DNA from: an uncultured Pelagibacteraceae bacterium
Lineage (GTDB): Bacteria; Pseudomonadota; Alphaproteobacteria; Pelagibacterales; Pelagibacteraceae
NCBI GenBank assembly: GCA_902526645.1
Contig: CABZLS010000003.1
Coordinates: 20,773 to 84,772, forward strand
DNA length: 64,000 nt
Direction of reading: 5' to 3'
The position numbers and the translations under genes are program-made. Position 1 is the stretch's first letter. Each line of letters begins with the position of its first letter. The notes beneath the pieces are model-generated. The model was not told the origin of the DNA. It did not search any database and saw only the letters and a program-made list of their open reading frames with translations. This document shows positions 1-9,896 of this stretch, piece by piece.

Positions 1-709
1 GAATTGTAGCAGGATCAAATTTATCTTTTTTAATTAAGACTTTTGCCAACATTGCAACATCTTCTACTTTTCTACCAAACATACCAATGTGATCTAGACT
101 ATATGAAGTTCTCAAAACACCATTTCTAGAGATTAGTCCATATGAAGGTTTGTATCCAACAACTCCACAATAAGATGCTGGTCTAATTATTGAACCTCCC
201 GTCTGAGAACCGACTGAAGCAGGTGCCATAAAAGAGGCTACAGATGCTGCAGAGCCACTTGAAGATCCACCAGGCGTTCTGGTTTTATCGTGAGGATTCG
301 TTGTGGATGATGGTCCTAAGTAAGCAAGCTCTGAAGTAGCTGTCTTACCCATCACAATTGCTCCAGATGCATGAAGTAAATCAATTATTTCTGCATTTTG
401 TGAATACGATTTACCTTTTCTTATAACTGTTCCACATTCTGTCGGCATATCAACAGTCCCAATTATATCTTTAACTGCTATAGGAACTCCATGAAGAGAT
501 CCCACTGGTTTCCCTGATTTTCTGTGTTCATCCGCCTCAGCTGCTTTTTCTAATAAAACTTTTTTATCAAAATGCGCCCAAGCTTTAACATCTTTTTCAA
601 ACTCATTTATTCTTTCTATATATTTTTCGCAAACTTCAACTGAAGAAAGTTGAGCATCTTTTATTTTTGCCGCAAGTTGTTCAAGACTTAAGGAAAATAT
701 ATCTGTCAT
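1..709 (-). CDS. Amidase signature family protein (GatA-like), 3' end beyond window edge; missing from ORF track
   Basis: Hand translation from ATG at 709: MTDIFSLSLEQLAAKIK...LHGVPIAVKDII...GKTATSELAY...NPHDKTRTPGGSSSGSAA...GSQTGGSIIRPASYCGVVGYKPSYG, i.e. amidase Lys, GGSS and GSxTGGS motifs. Confidence 0.9.
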   Translation of the reverse strand, partial: MTDIFSLSLEQLAAKIKDAQLSSVEVCEKYIERINEFEKDVKAWAHFDKKVLLEKAAEADEHRKSGKPVGSLHGVPIAVKDIIGTVDMPTECGTVIRKGKSYSQNAEIIDLLHASGAIVMGKTATSELAYLGPSSTTNPHDKTRTPGGSSSGSAASVASFMAPASVGSQTGGSIIRPASYCGVVGYKPSYGLISRNGVLRTSYSLDHIGMFGRKVEDVAMLAKVLIKKDKFDPATI

Positions 710-716
710 TTAAAAA

Positions 717-2078
717 TTAATTTGCAAATAATGTCTCTGGTAACCAAAGTGCTATTCCTGGAAATAAATACATTAAAACCATAGCTAAAATTACAATAGC
801 TAAAAAAGGCATAATTCCACTAAAGATCTGCATTAACTCAACATTCTTTGATTGAACTCCTTTTAAATAATAAGCTGACATCGCCATGGGAGGTGTCAAA
901 AATGATGTTTGTAAATTCAAAGCAATTAGCATTGCAAAAAAATATGGATTTACTCCAAAAAACTCAACAAGTGGTAAAAAGATTGGAACAAAAATGATTA
1001 AAATCTCCGTCCATTCTAACGGCCAACCTAACAAAAAGATAATTAATTGAGTAATCACTAAAAATTGCCATGGTTGTAAATTTAAAGATTTAAAGAAATG
1101 TTCAAAAACTTCATGGCCACCAAGATAAGAAAAAACAGATGCAAAGGTCCAAGAACCAATAAATAACCACATTATCATTGCAGTTGTTTTTGCAGTAAGA
1201 AACACTGACTCTTTAAAATTTTTCCACTTAAGTGTTTTATAAAAATAAGAAAGTACTAATGATCCAAAAGCACCTACGGCAGCTGCTTCAGCAGGTGTAG
1301 CAATCCCGGCAAGAATCGTTCCTAAAACTAAAATTATTAAAGAAAATAAAGGTAGAAAAGATACAAGAACTTCTTTCATTATAACAGCTGTAGGAGGAAT
1401 TTCTTCTGCTGCAGGTTTTGGAGCAATCGATGGATTTAACCAAGCTCTGAATACTGCGTAAGCTATATAAAGTCCTGCTAGCATTAATCCTGGAAAAATT
1501 GCAGCAGCAAATAATCTCAATGGCGACAATTGAGCAATTACAGAATATACAATTAACATAATACTTGGAGGAATTAAAATTCCCAAACATCCACCTGAAC
1601 AAATTATTCCAGATGCAAACTTTTTATCATAACCTGCTTTAATCATTGCTGGCCATGCGAGTAGACCCATTAATGTTACTACTGCGCCAATAATTCCAGT
1701 GGCAGTAGAAAATAATGCACATGTTATTAATGCGGCCACGGCCATTGAGGCAGGAAGTTTATGAGAAGCTAATCTAATCGCAAAAAATAATTTAGCTACA
1801 ATACCAGCTCTTTCAACCAGGTATCCCATAAACAAAAAGAGTGGGACCGCTGTCAATACATTGTTGTCCATGACCGTATAAGTATTTTGAACAAAGAGTT
1901 GGAATATCCTATTATCAAAAAGATGTTCCATCTTAGTCGGATCAAAATAAGCATAATAACCAAAGCCCAAACCCATAGCCATTAAAGTAAATGCAATTGG
2001 AAAACCTAATAACACTGCAAATAAAAATATTCCCATCATCATAATTGCTACTTCAGGATTTGTTAGACTAAATAACAT
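717..2078 (-). CDS. dctM: TRAP transporter large permease subunit
   Basis: 453 aa, highly hydrophobic, GCLGILIPPSIMLIVY and TPAEAAAVG motifs; adjacent to dctQ/dctP. Confidence 0.92.
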   Translation of the reverse strand: MLFSLTNPEVAIMMMGIFLFAVLLGFPIAFTLMAMGLGFGYYAYFDPTKMEHLFDNRIFQLFVQNTYTVMDNNVLTAVPLFLFMGYLVERAGIVAKLFFAIRLASHKLPASMAVAALITCALFSTATGIIGAVVTLMGLLAWPAMIKAGYDKKFASGIICSGGCLGILIPPSIMLIVYSVIAQLSPLRLFAAAIFPGLMLAGLYIAYAVFRAWLNPSIAPKPAAEEIPPTAVIMKEVLVSFLPLFSLIILVLGTILAGIATPAEAAAVGAFGSLVLSYFYKTLKWKNFKESVFLTAKTTAMIMWLFIGSWTFASVFSYLGGHEVFEHFFKSLNLQPWQFLVITQLIIFLLGWPLEWTEILIIFVPIFLPLVEFFGVNPYFFAMLIALNLQTSFLTPPMAMSAYYLKGVQSKNVELMQIFSGIMPFLAIVILAMVLMYLFPGIALWLPETLFAN

Positions 2079-2661
2079 CTTCTTTATTCCCTTCTTGTGA
2101 CGTTCTCATTAATACTTTTTCAGTTTCCTCAGCGTCACGCTCAGTTCCTCTTTCTGGCCAACTTCCAGTTTGTATACAAATAATACATCTAAAAACCTCA
2201 CTGATACCTTGTAAAGTTAAAAGGCTGCCTGATAAAGGTATTAAAGATTTTGCCATGTATATTTGAATTTGTGCAGGACTATTCCAACTTGTTTCTTTTA
2301 TTTTCCAAGCAAGTGACGCATATTCATAACCATAAAAGGCTAATGCAAGAACACCAGGAAAAAAGAAAATAAAATACAAAACTAGATCTATCCATGCTTG
2401 TGTTCTTTGAGGAAATAATCTGTAAATTACATCACCTCTTACATGAGCCTCTGTACATAAAGTATAGGCACCTGCCATCATAAAGATAGCTCCGTACATC
2501 TGAAGACTAAAATCAAAATTCCATAAAGTTGGTGCGTTTAAAGCATATGCCATGAAAACTTCATAACACGTTCCACCCATTAAAATTACTATGCACCATG
2601 AAAAAGCTTTTCCCATTGAAACACTGAGACGATCAGCAAATTTTATGTAAGATCTCATCAT
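2068..2661 (-). CDS. dctQ: TRAP transporter small permease subunit
   Basis: 197 aa, about 4 TM segments, HVRGDVIY motif, lies between dctP and dctM. Confidence 0.9.
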   Translation of the reverse strand: MMRSYIKFADRLSVSMGKAFSWCIVILMGGTCYEVFMAYALNAPTLWNFDFSLQMYGAIFMMAGAYTLCTEAHVRGDVIYRLFPQRTQAWIDLVLYFIFFFPGVLALAFYGYEYASLAWKIKETSWNSPAQIQIYMAKSLIPLSGSLLTLQGISEVFRCIICIQTGSWPERGTERDAEETEKVLMRTSQEGNKEDVI

Positions 2662-2701
2662 AGATATAAACTTTTATTGAATTGTTCTTAAATAATCAAA
2701 T

Positions 2702-2726
2702 AAAAAAGGGGGCCGAGGCCCCCTTT
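2702..2726 (-). terminator. Intrinsic terminator / stabilising hairpin after dctP
   Basis: Minus strand reads GGGGGC-CUCG-GCCCCC-UUUUUU, 21 nt after the dctP stop and upstream of dctQ. Confidence 0.85.
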
Positions 2727-2747
2727 AAAAAATTTATCAAAAGTTAA

Positions 2748-3902
2748 TTATAACTTAACTTTTGCAATTGGACCAAACTCATTTTCATATGCAAGTTTGT
2801 AATTAGGCTGATTCATCAGCAAGTATTTCATTACTCTCTTCGCATATGCTTTCTGAGAATCTACGATTTTCTTAAAGAAAGGATCTTTCTTATTGAAATC
2901 ACCGATTACTTTATCCCAACCTTTTAATTGTTGAGCTAAAATTTCATCAGAAGTTTGATACACATTTACTTTATGCTCATTCATCAACTTAGCTAAGTCA
3001 GCCGAGTATCTTACTAAAGCTTTAAAGTAGTTATCACTGTTAGCGGCATAAGCAGCATTTTTAAGTATTGCTTGGTGCGCTGGTGATAAACTATTAAATG
3101 TTTTTTTGTTAACTGGTATTTCAAACATCTCTTGAGATTGGTGGAAACTTCCTAAGTGATAATGCTTAGAAACATCTTGCATACCAAATTGAGAGTCTGA
3201 AGTTGGGTTGTTAAACTCAGCAGCTTCAATCAAACCAGTTTTCATAGCTGGCTGAATTTCACCACCTGGTAATTGTCTAACTACCATTCCCATTGCAGTT
3301 AAAACGTTAGTCGCAAGACCAACTGTTCTGTACTTCATACCTTTTACATCAGATACTTTAGTTACGTTCTTTTTGAACCAACCAAAAGGCTGAGCTGGCA
3401 TAGGCATATGGAAAAATCCTACATAATCAAAACCTACTTTTGCAAGAGTTTCGTCATATAATTTTCTTCCTCCACCATACTCCATCCATCCCATAACTTC
3501 TTGAGATGACATACCATATGAAGGACCAGTTCCAAATAATGATGCAGCAGGATTTTTACCATACCAATATGCTGTCACCCAGTGACCCATATCTACTACA
3601 CCAGAACTTACTGCTTGTCCGATTTCTGAAGTCTTTACAACTGCTCCAACTGGTTGAAGATCAATCTGAAGAGAACCCCCAGACATTTCTTTAACCATGT
3701 TGCAATAGTCTCCAGCCATTTCAAAAAAGATGTTTGCTCCACTTGGCCATGCAGCTTGCATCTTTAAAGTTGTTGCAGCGTTTGCCTTAACATATGGCAT
3801 TGCAACAGCGGCTGCAGCTATAGCACCAGTCTTAGCAGCAGTCTTAAAGAACTTACGTCTTGAAGATGTTTTAACCTTCAATGATTTATTTTCTTTAGTC
3901 AT
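2748..3902 (-). CDS. dctP: TRAP substrate-binding protein, TakP/keto-acid-binding-like subfamily, Tat-exported
   Basis: SSRRKFFK twin-arginine signal, HWVTAYWYGK, KYRTVG (conserved Arg), AAEFNNP motifs. Confidence 0.9.
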   Translation of the reverse strand: MTKENKSLKVKTSSRRKFFKTAAKTGAIAAAAVAMPYVKANAATTLKMQAAWPSGANIFFEMAGDYCNMVKEMSGGSLQIDLQPVGAVVKTSEIGQAVSSGVVDMGHWVTAYWYGKNPAASLFGTGPSYGMSSQEVMGWMEYGGGRKLYDETLAKVGFDYVGFFHMPMPAQPFGWFKKNVTKVSDVKGMKYRTVGLATNVLTAMGMVVRQLPGGEIQPAMKTGLIEAAEFNNPTSDSQFGMQDVSKHYHLGSFHQSQEMFEIPVNKKTFNSLSPAHQAILKNAAYAANSDNYFKALVRYSADLAKLMNEHKVNVYQTSDEILAQQLKGWDKVIGDFNKKDPFFKKIVDSQKAYAKRVMKYLLMNQPNYKLAYENEFGPIAKVKL

Positions 3903-4020
3903 TATTACTCCTATTAAAGTTAATTAACTCAAATAATTAAAGCATAGATTCACTTTAGAGTCTTTGTAAAAAGAAACTCATATGTCGCAGAAATATGATT
4001 TTTTACAATCTGTAGTAGAA

Positions 4021-4974
4021 TTAATTTACTTTATTTTTACAATTTGCAGTTTTAAAAAACTCATCAATATTATCTATTGCTAAGTTAGCCATCGCAATTC
4101 TAGTATCTTTAGTAGCGCTTCCTAGATGAGGTAAAATAAAAGCAGATTTAATTTTTAGATATCCAGGGTTTAAATTCGGCTCATTTTTATAAACATCCAA
4201 ACCAACTGCATAAATCTTTCTCCTATTTAACGCATCTATTAAGGCTTCATCATCAACAATGTCGCCCCTAGCAACATTAGTTATAATTGCTCCCTTAGGA
4301 AAAAATTCGACTGTTTCTTTATTTATCATATTTTCTGTTTCTTTCGTCGCAGGACAACAAATAGATAAAACATCAGAAACTGAAAAAAGACTTTTTATAT
4401 CTTTATGGTAAACTGCACCAAGTTCTTTATCTTCGCTCAGTTTTGATCGATTATGATAGTGAATGATCATTCCAAGTGAACGTGCTATTTTTGCAATTTT
4501 TTGGCCTATTCTTCCCATTCCTAAAATTCCTAATCGTGTTCCAGTTAATTGTTTTCCAATTAAATAATCTGCTGACCATTTCCAACCACCTTCTCTTGCT
4601 GATTCAATTCCTTCAGCTGCTCTTCTACACGCACCTAAAATTAAAAGAACTCCTATCTCAGCAGTTGCATCAGACAAAACTTCTGGGGTATTAGTAACTG
4701 CTATGCCCCTTTTTTTTGCAGCTTCTAAATCAATATTTCCAAAACCCACTGCAAAGTTAGAGATTATTTTTACAGTATCTGGAAGTTTATTAATAGTTTC
4801 TTGATCTAATTTGTCTGTAAGAGATGATAAAATTCCATCACAACCTTTAGACATTTCAATTACTTTTGACTGAGAATATAATTCATCATTTGGGTTAAAA
4901 ATAGGATCAAAAGTTTTTGTAGCTTTATCCTCACTTTCTTTAATCAGCTTTCTTGTAATTAATATTTTTTTCAT
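4021..4974 (-). CDS. D-isomer-specific 2-hydroxyacid dehydrogenase (glyoxylate/hydroxypyruvate reductase-like)
   Basis: AVGFGNID, NTPEVLSDATAE, GILGMGRIG, NVARG, LDVY..EP, LPHLGSAT motifs. Confidence 0.9.
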   Translation of the reverse strand: MKKILITRKLIKESEDKATKTFDPIFNPNDELYSQSKVIEMSKGCDGILSSLTDKLDQETINKLPDTVKIISNFAVGFGNIDLEAAKKRGIAVTNTPEVLSDATAEIGVLLILGACRRAAEGIESAREGGWKWSADYLIGKQLTGTRLGILGMGRIGQKIAKIARSLGMIIHYHNRSKLSEDKELGAVYHKDIKSLFSVSDVLSICCPATKETENMINKETVEFFPKGAIITNVARGDIVDDEALIDALNRRKIYAVGLDVYKNEPNLNPGYLKIKSAFILPHLGSATKDTRIAMANLAIDNIDEFFKTANCKNKVN

Positions 4975-4992
4975 GAAATAATTTCAATTAAA

Positions 4993-6366
4993 TTAATTAA
5001 GATCAAATATTTTACCAGGATTCATTATATTGTTTGGATCCAAAGTTCTTTTGATTGATTTCATTACTGGAATGTTATCAGGGTGTTGCTCAAGCAAATA
5101 CTCTTTTTTATGAAGCCCCACTCCGTGTTCACCTGTTATAGTTCCATTAAGTTCAAGTGCTTTCTTTATTAGTGTATCGTTAAAAGCTCTGATTTGTTTA
5201 TACATTTCTTTTTTTGTAGGATCATAGGGTAGGACAACATGAAAATTTCCATCACCCATGTGACCTACCATTGGAGCTCTAACTCCAAATTTTTGTGCCT
5301 GCTTCTCTGCATATTTTACACACTCTGTGATCTTTGAAATTGGAACACATACATCAGTGGAATAAACTCTTCCATTATTATGTAAAGCTTTAACAGAGTA
5401 ATAAACATCCCATCTTGCTTTCCAAATTTTATTTCTTTCCTCTAAATCTTTTGCCCACTTAAAAGAGCTCCCTTTATTATCTTTTGATAATTCCTCTACA
5501 ATTTTTATATTTTCTTTATTTGATATCTCTGATCCATGAAATTCAAAAAATAAAGTTGGAACTGCTTTAACATCTTGTAACTTTGAATAATTGATACTAA
5601 TACCCATTTGATCTGCGTTAAGCATTTCAATTCTGGCAATTGGAACACCATACTGAATAACCTGTTGAGCTGTCATGACTGCATCCTCTAAAGAGGGAAA
5701 ATGACATATAGCACTCATTATGCTCTCTGGTATTGGAGATAATCTTAAATGAACTTCAGTGATAATACCAAGAGTTCCTTCTGCCCCAATAAATAGATTT
5801 GTTAAATTATACCCTGCTGATGTTTTTTTAGTCCTACCACCTGTTTTTATGATATCGCCATTAGGCAAAACAACAGTAAGACCTGAAATAACTGTTTTCA
5901 TAGTTCCATATTTCACAGCCATTGTGCCTGATGCTGAGGTTGAAGCCATTCCTCCCAATGCAGCATTTGCTCCTGGATCAATTGGAAAAAAAACACCGTC
6001 CTCTCTTAAATAGTCATTTAATTGCTCTTTAGTTACACAAGCTTGAACTCTACAATCAAAATCTTCTACATTAACACTTAAAATTTTATTCATTTTCTCC
6101 AAACAAATAGTTATACCGTTTTCATTTCCTACAACATTTCCCTCCAAAGAGGTTCCTGTTCCAAATGGAACAACAGGAATTTTATGTTCATTACATATTT
6201 TTAGTATTTTTGAAACTTCATCATTGGTCTCTGGAAACACTACTGCTTGGGATAAAATTGGATCATAAGTGTCTTCACCTCTTGCATAATTAGCTCTAGC
6301 AGATTCAGAAGTTGAAAATCTACTATTAAATATTCTTTTTAACTCTGTTTGAACTAACTCATTCAT
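4993..6366 (-). CDS. FAD-linked oxidase, D-lactate dehydrogenase (cytochrome)/GlcD family
   Basis: PFGTGTSLEG, FPIDPGANAALGGM, GAEGTLGIIT, GHMGDGNFH, GEHGVG, NIMNPGK motifs. Confidence 0.9.
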   Translation of the reverse strand: MNELVQTELKRIFNSRFSTSESARANYARGEDTYDPILSQAVVFPETNDEVSKILKICNEHKIPVVPFGTGTSLEGNVVGNENGITICLEKMNKILSVNVEDFDCRVQACVTKEQLNDYLREDGVFFPIDPGANAALGGMASTSASGTMAVKYGTMKTVISGLTVVLPNGDIIKTGGRTKKTSAGYNLTNLFIGAEGTLGIITEVHLRLSPIPESIMSAICHFPSLEDAVMTAQQVIQYGVPIARIEMLNADQMGISINYSKLQDVKAVPTLFFEFHGSEISNKENIKIVEELSKDNKGSSFKWAKDLEERNKIWKARWDVYYSVKALHNNGRVYSTDVCVPISKITECVKYAEKQAQKFGVRAPMVGHMGDGNFHVVLPYDPTKKEMYKQIRAFNDTLIKKALELNGTITGEHGVGLHKKEYLLEQHPDNIPVMKSIKRTLDPNNIMNPGKIFDLN

Positions 6367-6406
6367 AACTAAAAGATACTAATAAAGATTAAGAGAAAAA
6401 TACACC

Positions 6407-7573
6407 TTATTTACTTAACATTTTTTTTATATTTTCCAGTGCTTGGGAAATATTATCTCTTGAAGCAGCAAAACTAAATCTTACGTAATTTTGGCAAGTT
6501 TCACCAAATGCTGACCCAGGTACTATCGCTACACCAGCTTCATGCATAGCCTTCCTTGCAAATTCTGCACCGTTCATGCCGGTTCCTATTACTTTGGGAA
6601 ATGCATAAAAAGCTCCACCAGGTAAACTACATTCTACTCCTGGTAAATCATTTAAACCTTTATGAATCAATTCTCTTCTTTGGGTAAATTTTTCCATCAT
6701 TTCATTAATTGAATCATCTGGTCCGTCTAGTGCTGCAATGCCAGCAAACTGAGCCGCAGCATTAACACAGGAAACGCTATTAATTAATAATTTGTTTACA
6801 TGTTGAATTAAATGTTGTGGCCAAAAACTCCAACCAAGTCTCCATCCTGTCATTGAATAAGCCTTACTCCATCCTTCTAATACTATCAATCTTTCTCTCA
6901 ATTCTGGATAATGAAAAAATGAAGGCATTTCTTTGCCATCAAAAATCTGTCTACTATAAATTTCATCACTTAGTATTGTTACATGAGGATATTTTTTTAG
7001 TCCGTCAGCCAAAAAATCTATATCCCTTTTCTCAACAAAACTTCCCGTTGGGTTGTTAGGATTAATTAAAATTAATAATCGGGTCTTATCTGTAATTAAA
7101 GATAATATTTTATCAGGATTAAATTTTAGATCTTTATCCTCTGTTAAATCATAAGGGACAGATTTTGAACCTGTATAATTAATCATCGACTCATAAATTG
7201 GAAAAGCTGGTGTAGGATGTATGATTTCTGCTCCTGGTTCACCAAAACATTGTATGGCATAATGCATTGTTGGTTTTCCACCAGGCATAATAAGAATTCT
7301 TTCAGAGTCAACATCAACACTATAACGTTTTTTAATCCATCTAGTTACTGCTTGACGGCACTCAGGAATGCCATTTGACATAACATATCCATGATGTCCA
7401 TCATCTAATGCTTTTTTAGCTGCTTCAACGACATGTTTTGGAGTTTTAAAATCCGGTTGTCCCAAACCTAAGTGTATCATAGGTTTTCCCTGGGCTTCCA
7501 ATTTTTTCGCTTCTGCAAGAACAGTAAATGCAGACTCAGTACCTAATCTCTCTAAACTTTTTGCCAGTATCAT
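6407..7573 (-). CDS. PLP-dependent class I/II aminotransferase (aspartate aminotransferase-like)
   Basis: NPNNPTG, SDEIY, GWSKAYSMTGWRLG (PLP Lys), GGAFY motifs. Confidence 0.9.
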   Translation of the reverse strand: MILAKSLERLGTESAFTVLAEAKKLEAQGKPMIHLGLGQPDFKTPKHVVEAAKKALDDGHHGYVMSNGIPECRQAVTRWIKKRYSVDVDSERILIMPGGKPTMHYAIQCFGEPGAEIIHPTPAFPIYESMINYTGSKSVPYDLTEDKDLKFNPDKILSLITDKTRLLILINPNNPTGSFVEKRDIDFLADGLKKYPHVTILSDEIYSRQIFDGKEMPSFFHYPELRERLIVLEGWSKAYSMTGWRLGWSFWPQHLIQHVNKLLINSVSCVNAAAQFAGIAALDGPDDSINEMMEKFTQRRELIHKGLNDLPGVECSLPGGAFYAFPKVIGTGMNGAEFARKAMHEAGVAIVPGSAFGETCQNYVRFSFAASRDNISQALENIKKMLSK

Positions 7574-7584
7574 TTTTTTCCCCT

Positions 7585-8736
7585 CTATTTTCTATAGATT
7601 AATTTTGAACTATTCAACTCTTTTAAATTTTTACAACCCATTAAAACCATATTTCTATTTATCTCATCGTGCATAGTTTTGAGTAAATGTTCAACTCCTT
7701 GTTGGCCTCCTGCGGCCAAAGAGAACAAAAACATTTTACCAAAACTGCAAGCTTTTGCGCCTGCTGCTAAAGCTTTAAGTACATGTGTTCCTCTTCTTAC
7801 ACCCCCATCAAGAATAATTTCCAGCTTGTCTCCTACAGCATCTGAAATAGCTTTTACTTGATCAAAAGGTGATCTAGATCCATCAAGTTGTCTTCCACCA
7901 TGGTTTGAAATCATTATAGCTGTACATCCAATATCAATTGCTCTTCTTGCATCTTCAACCGACATAACCCCTTTTAGCGCAAAAGGTCCATTCCATTTTT
8001 TTACACAATACTCTGCATCCTTCCAATTCATTGCTGGATCATATTGTTCATTAATATATTCAATAACTGATTTTGCAATATTGGTACCTTTATCAGTTTT
8101 TGTAGCAACATTTGCTAATTTAAATTTACCATGTGTAAGATAATTAAATACCCAAGACGGATGAATTGCAAAACTTATTAAACTTTGTAAAGTTAACTTT
8201 GGGGGTGTCGTAAAACCTGTTCGATGATCTCTTTCTCTATTACCTGCAACTAAAGTATCAACTGTCAAACACATTCCATCAAATCCTGATCTTCTGCAAC
8301 GATCAATTAAATCATCAGTAATAGATTGATCTTTATGGACATAAAGTTGAAAAAGTTTTGGACCACCAGAAATATTTGAAATCTCCTCTATAGTATTATT
8401 AGCCATTGTGGACATACTATAAAACGTTCCAAACTTATCTGCTGCTCTTGCGGAAGCTTTGTCACCATCATGATGATAAAGTTTTTGCATTGCACATGGT
8501 GATAAAAAAATTGGCATGTCAATCTTTTTGCCAAAAATAGTTGTAGATAAGTCTGGTTTTCCAACGCTTGCTAAAATATTTGGAACTAAGTCACAATCAT
8601 CAAAAGAATTCGTATTTCTTTTAAGAGTTATTTCATCGTCAGCACCTCCATCAATATAATGAAATATTGGTGAAGGTAATTTTTTTTTTGCGAGATTTCT
8701 AAAATCATTAAAATTATAACAATTTTGTAAATTCAC
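7585..8736 (-). CDS. lldD: FMN-dependent alpha-hydroxy acid dehydrogenase (LldD/glycolate oxidase family), paralog 1
   Basis: FHYIDGGADDE, LTVDT...GNRERD, SNHGGRQLD, DGGVRRG motifs. Confidence 0.85.
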   Translation of the reverse strand: MNLQNCYNFNDFRNLAKKKLPSPIFHYIDGGADDEITLKRNTNSFDDCDLVPNILASVGKPDLSTTIFGKKIDMPIFLSPCAMQKLYHHDGDKASARAADKFGTFYSMSTMANNTIEEISNISGGPKLFQLYVHKDQSITDDLIDRCRRSGFDGMCLTVDTLVAGNRERDHRTGFTTPPKLTLQSLISFAIHPSWVFNYLTHGKFKLANVATKTDKGTNIAKSVIEYINEQYDPAMNWKDAEYCVKKWNGPFALKGVMSVEDARRAIDIGCTAIMISNHGGRQLDGSRSPFDQVKAISDAVGDKLEIILDGGVRRGTHVLKALAAGAKACSFGKMFLFSLAAGGQQGVEHLLKTMHDEINRNMVLMGCKNLKELNSSKLIYRK

Positions 8737-9887
8737 TATATTCTAAATCTTAAGTTATTTCTATTTAGATCAGAAATTTTTGTACATCCCATTAACTTCA
8801 TATCCCTAACTAATTCTGATTTATAAAGTTCTAAGGCTCTTTCGACGCCTGGTTGACCTGCTGCTGCTAAAGCATAAAGATAAAGTCTTCCACCAGAACA
8901 TGCCTTTGCGCCGAGCGATAACGCTTTAAGCATATGAGTCCCTCTATGAATTCCTCCCTCACATATGACATCAAGTTTATCTCCAACGGCGTCAACAATT
9001 TCTGCTAGCTGATCGAAAGGTGATCTTGATCCATCAAGTTGACGACCACCATGATTTGAAACCATTATACCAGTACATCCAATATCCACTGCTTTTTTTG
9101 CATCTTCTACACTCATAATTCCTTTAAGTGCAAAATGACCTCCCCATTGAGAACAAAGTTTTTCAGCATCTTTCCAATTCATAGATTGATCCAGCATAGT
9201 AGAAAAATAATTTCCTATAGAAGAATTAGTACTTGTGCCCTCCTTAACAAAATCTTGAAGATGAGGTAATTCAAACTTACCCTTTGTTAAATAGTTTATT
9301 CCCCACATTGGTTTCACTGCAAAACTAAATAAGCTAGATAAAGTTAATCTTGGTGGTGATGTGAAACCAGTTCTTAAATCTCTTTCACGATTTCCTCCAG
9401 TTATAGTATCAACTGTTAAAGCCATAACATCAAACTTAGCCGCTTTAGCACGTTCTAAACAAGAGTCATTCAGACCTCTGTCTTTATGAAAATAAAATTG
9501 AAACATTTTAGGTGTATCAATCATTGAGGATATTTCCTCAACACTTACTGTGGCTAAAGCAGAAACACCAAACATTGTATTAAACTTTTTAGCTGCTTTT
9601 CCAACTGCTCTTTCACCATCATAATGAAAAAGTCTTTGAAGAGCTGTTGGGGAAAGATAAAAAGGTAAGTCTAATTTCTTACCAAAAATAGTAGTGGATA
9701 AGTCAACATTTTCAACTCCTCTTAAAACATTAGGAACTAAATCTACATCATCAAAAGCACTAGTGTTTCTTGCGTAAGTAATTTCATCATCAGCTGCACC
9801 ATCAATGTAATGAAAAATAGGTGAGGGAAGTTTTTTTTTTGCTAATTTTCTAAAATCACTAAAATTGTGACAATCTTTTAATCTCAT
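8736..9887 (-). CDS. lldD: FMN-dependent alpha-hydroxy acid dehydrogenase (LldD/glycolate oxidase family), paralog 2
   Basis: FHYIDGAADDE, LTVDT...GNRERD, SNHGGRQLD motifs; stop shares 1 nt with the start of paralog 1. Confidence 0.85.
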   Translation of the reverse strand: MRLKDCHNFSDFRKLAKKKLPSPIFHYIDGAADDEITYARNTSAFDDVDLVPNVLRGVENVDLSTTIFGKKLDLPFYLSPTALQRLFHYDGERAVGKAAKKFNTMFGVSALATVSVEEISSMIDTPKMFQFYFHKDRGLNDSCLERAKAAKFDVMALTVDTITGGNRERDLRTGFTSPPRLTLSSLFSFAVKPMWGINYLTKGKFELPHLQDFVKEGTSTNSSIGNYFSTMLDQSMNWKDAEKLCSQWGGHFALKGIMSVEDAKKAVDIGCTGIMVSNHGGRQLDGSRSPFDQLAEIVDAVGDKLDVICEGGIHRGTHMLKALSLGAKACSGGRLYLYALAAAGQPGVERALELYKSELVRDMKLMGCTKISDLNRNNLRFRI

Positions 9888-9896
9888 ATGTATTTT

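Noticed and set aside
1288-1602. 104-aa plus-strand ORF rich in Cys/Ser
   Set aside because: Antisense shadow of dctM, with no motif.
2748-3902. Higher GC of dctP (and of the symporter at 37625-39439) as a sign of horizontal transfer
   Set aside because: Better explained by Ala/Gly-rich composition and the codon bias of highly expressed transporters; no mobility genes or flanking repeats.
9831-9840. T10 homopolymer in lldD paralog 2 (and many other A/T runs) as phase-variation tracts
   Set aside because: They encode poly-Lys in intact frames and are expected at this AT content.
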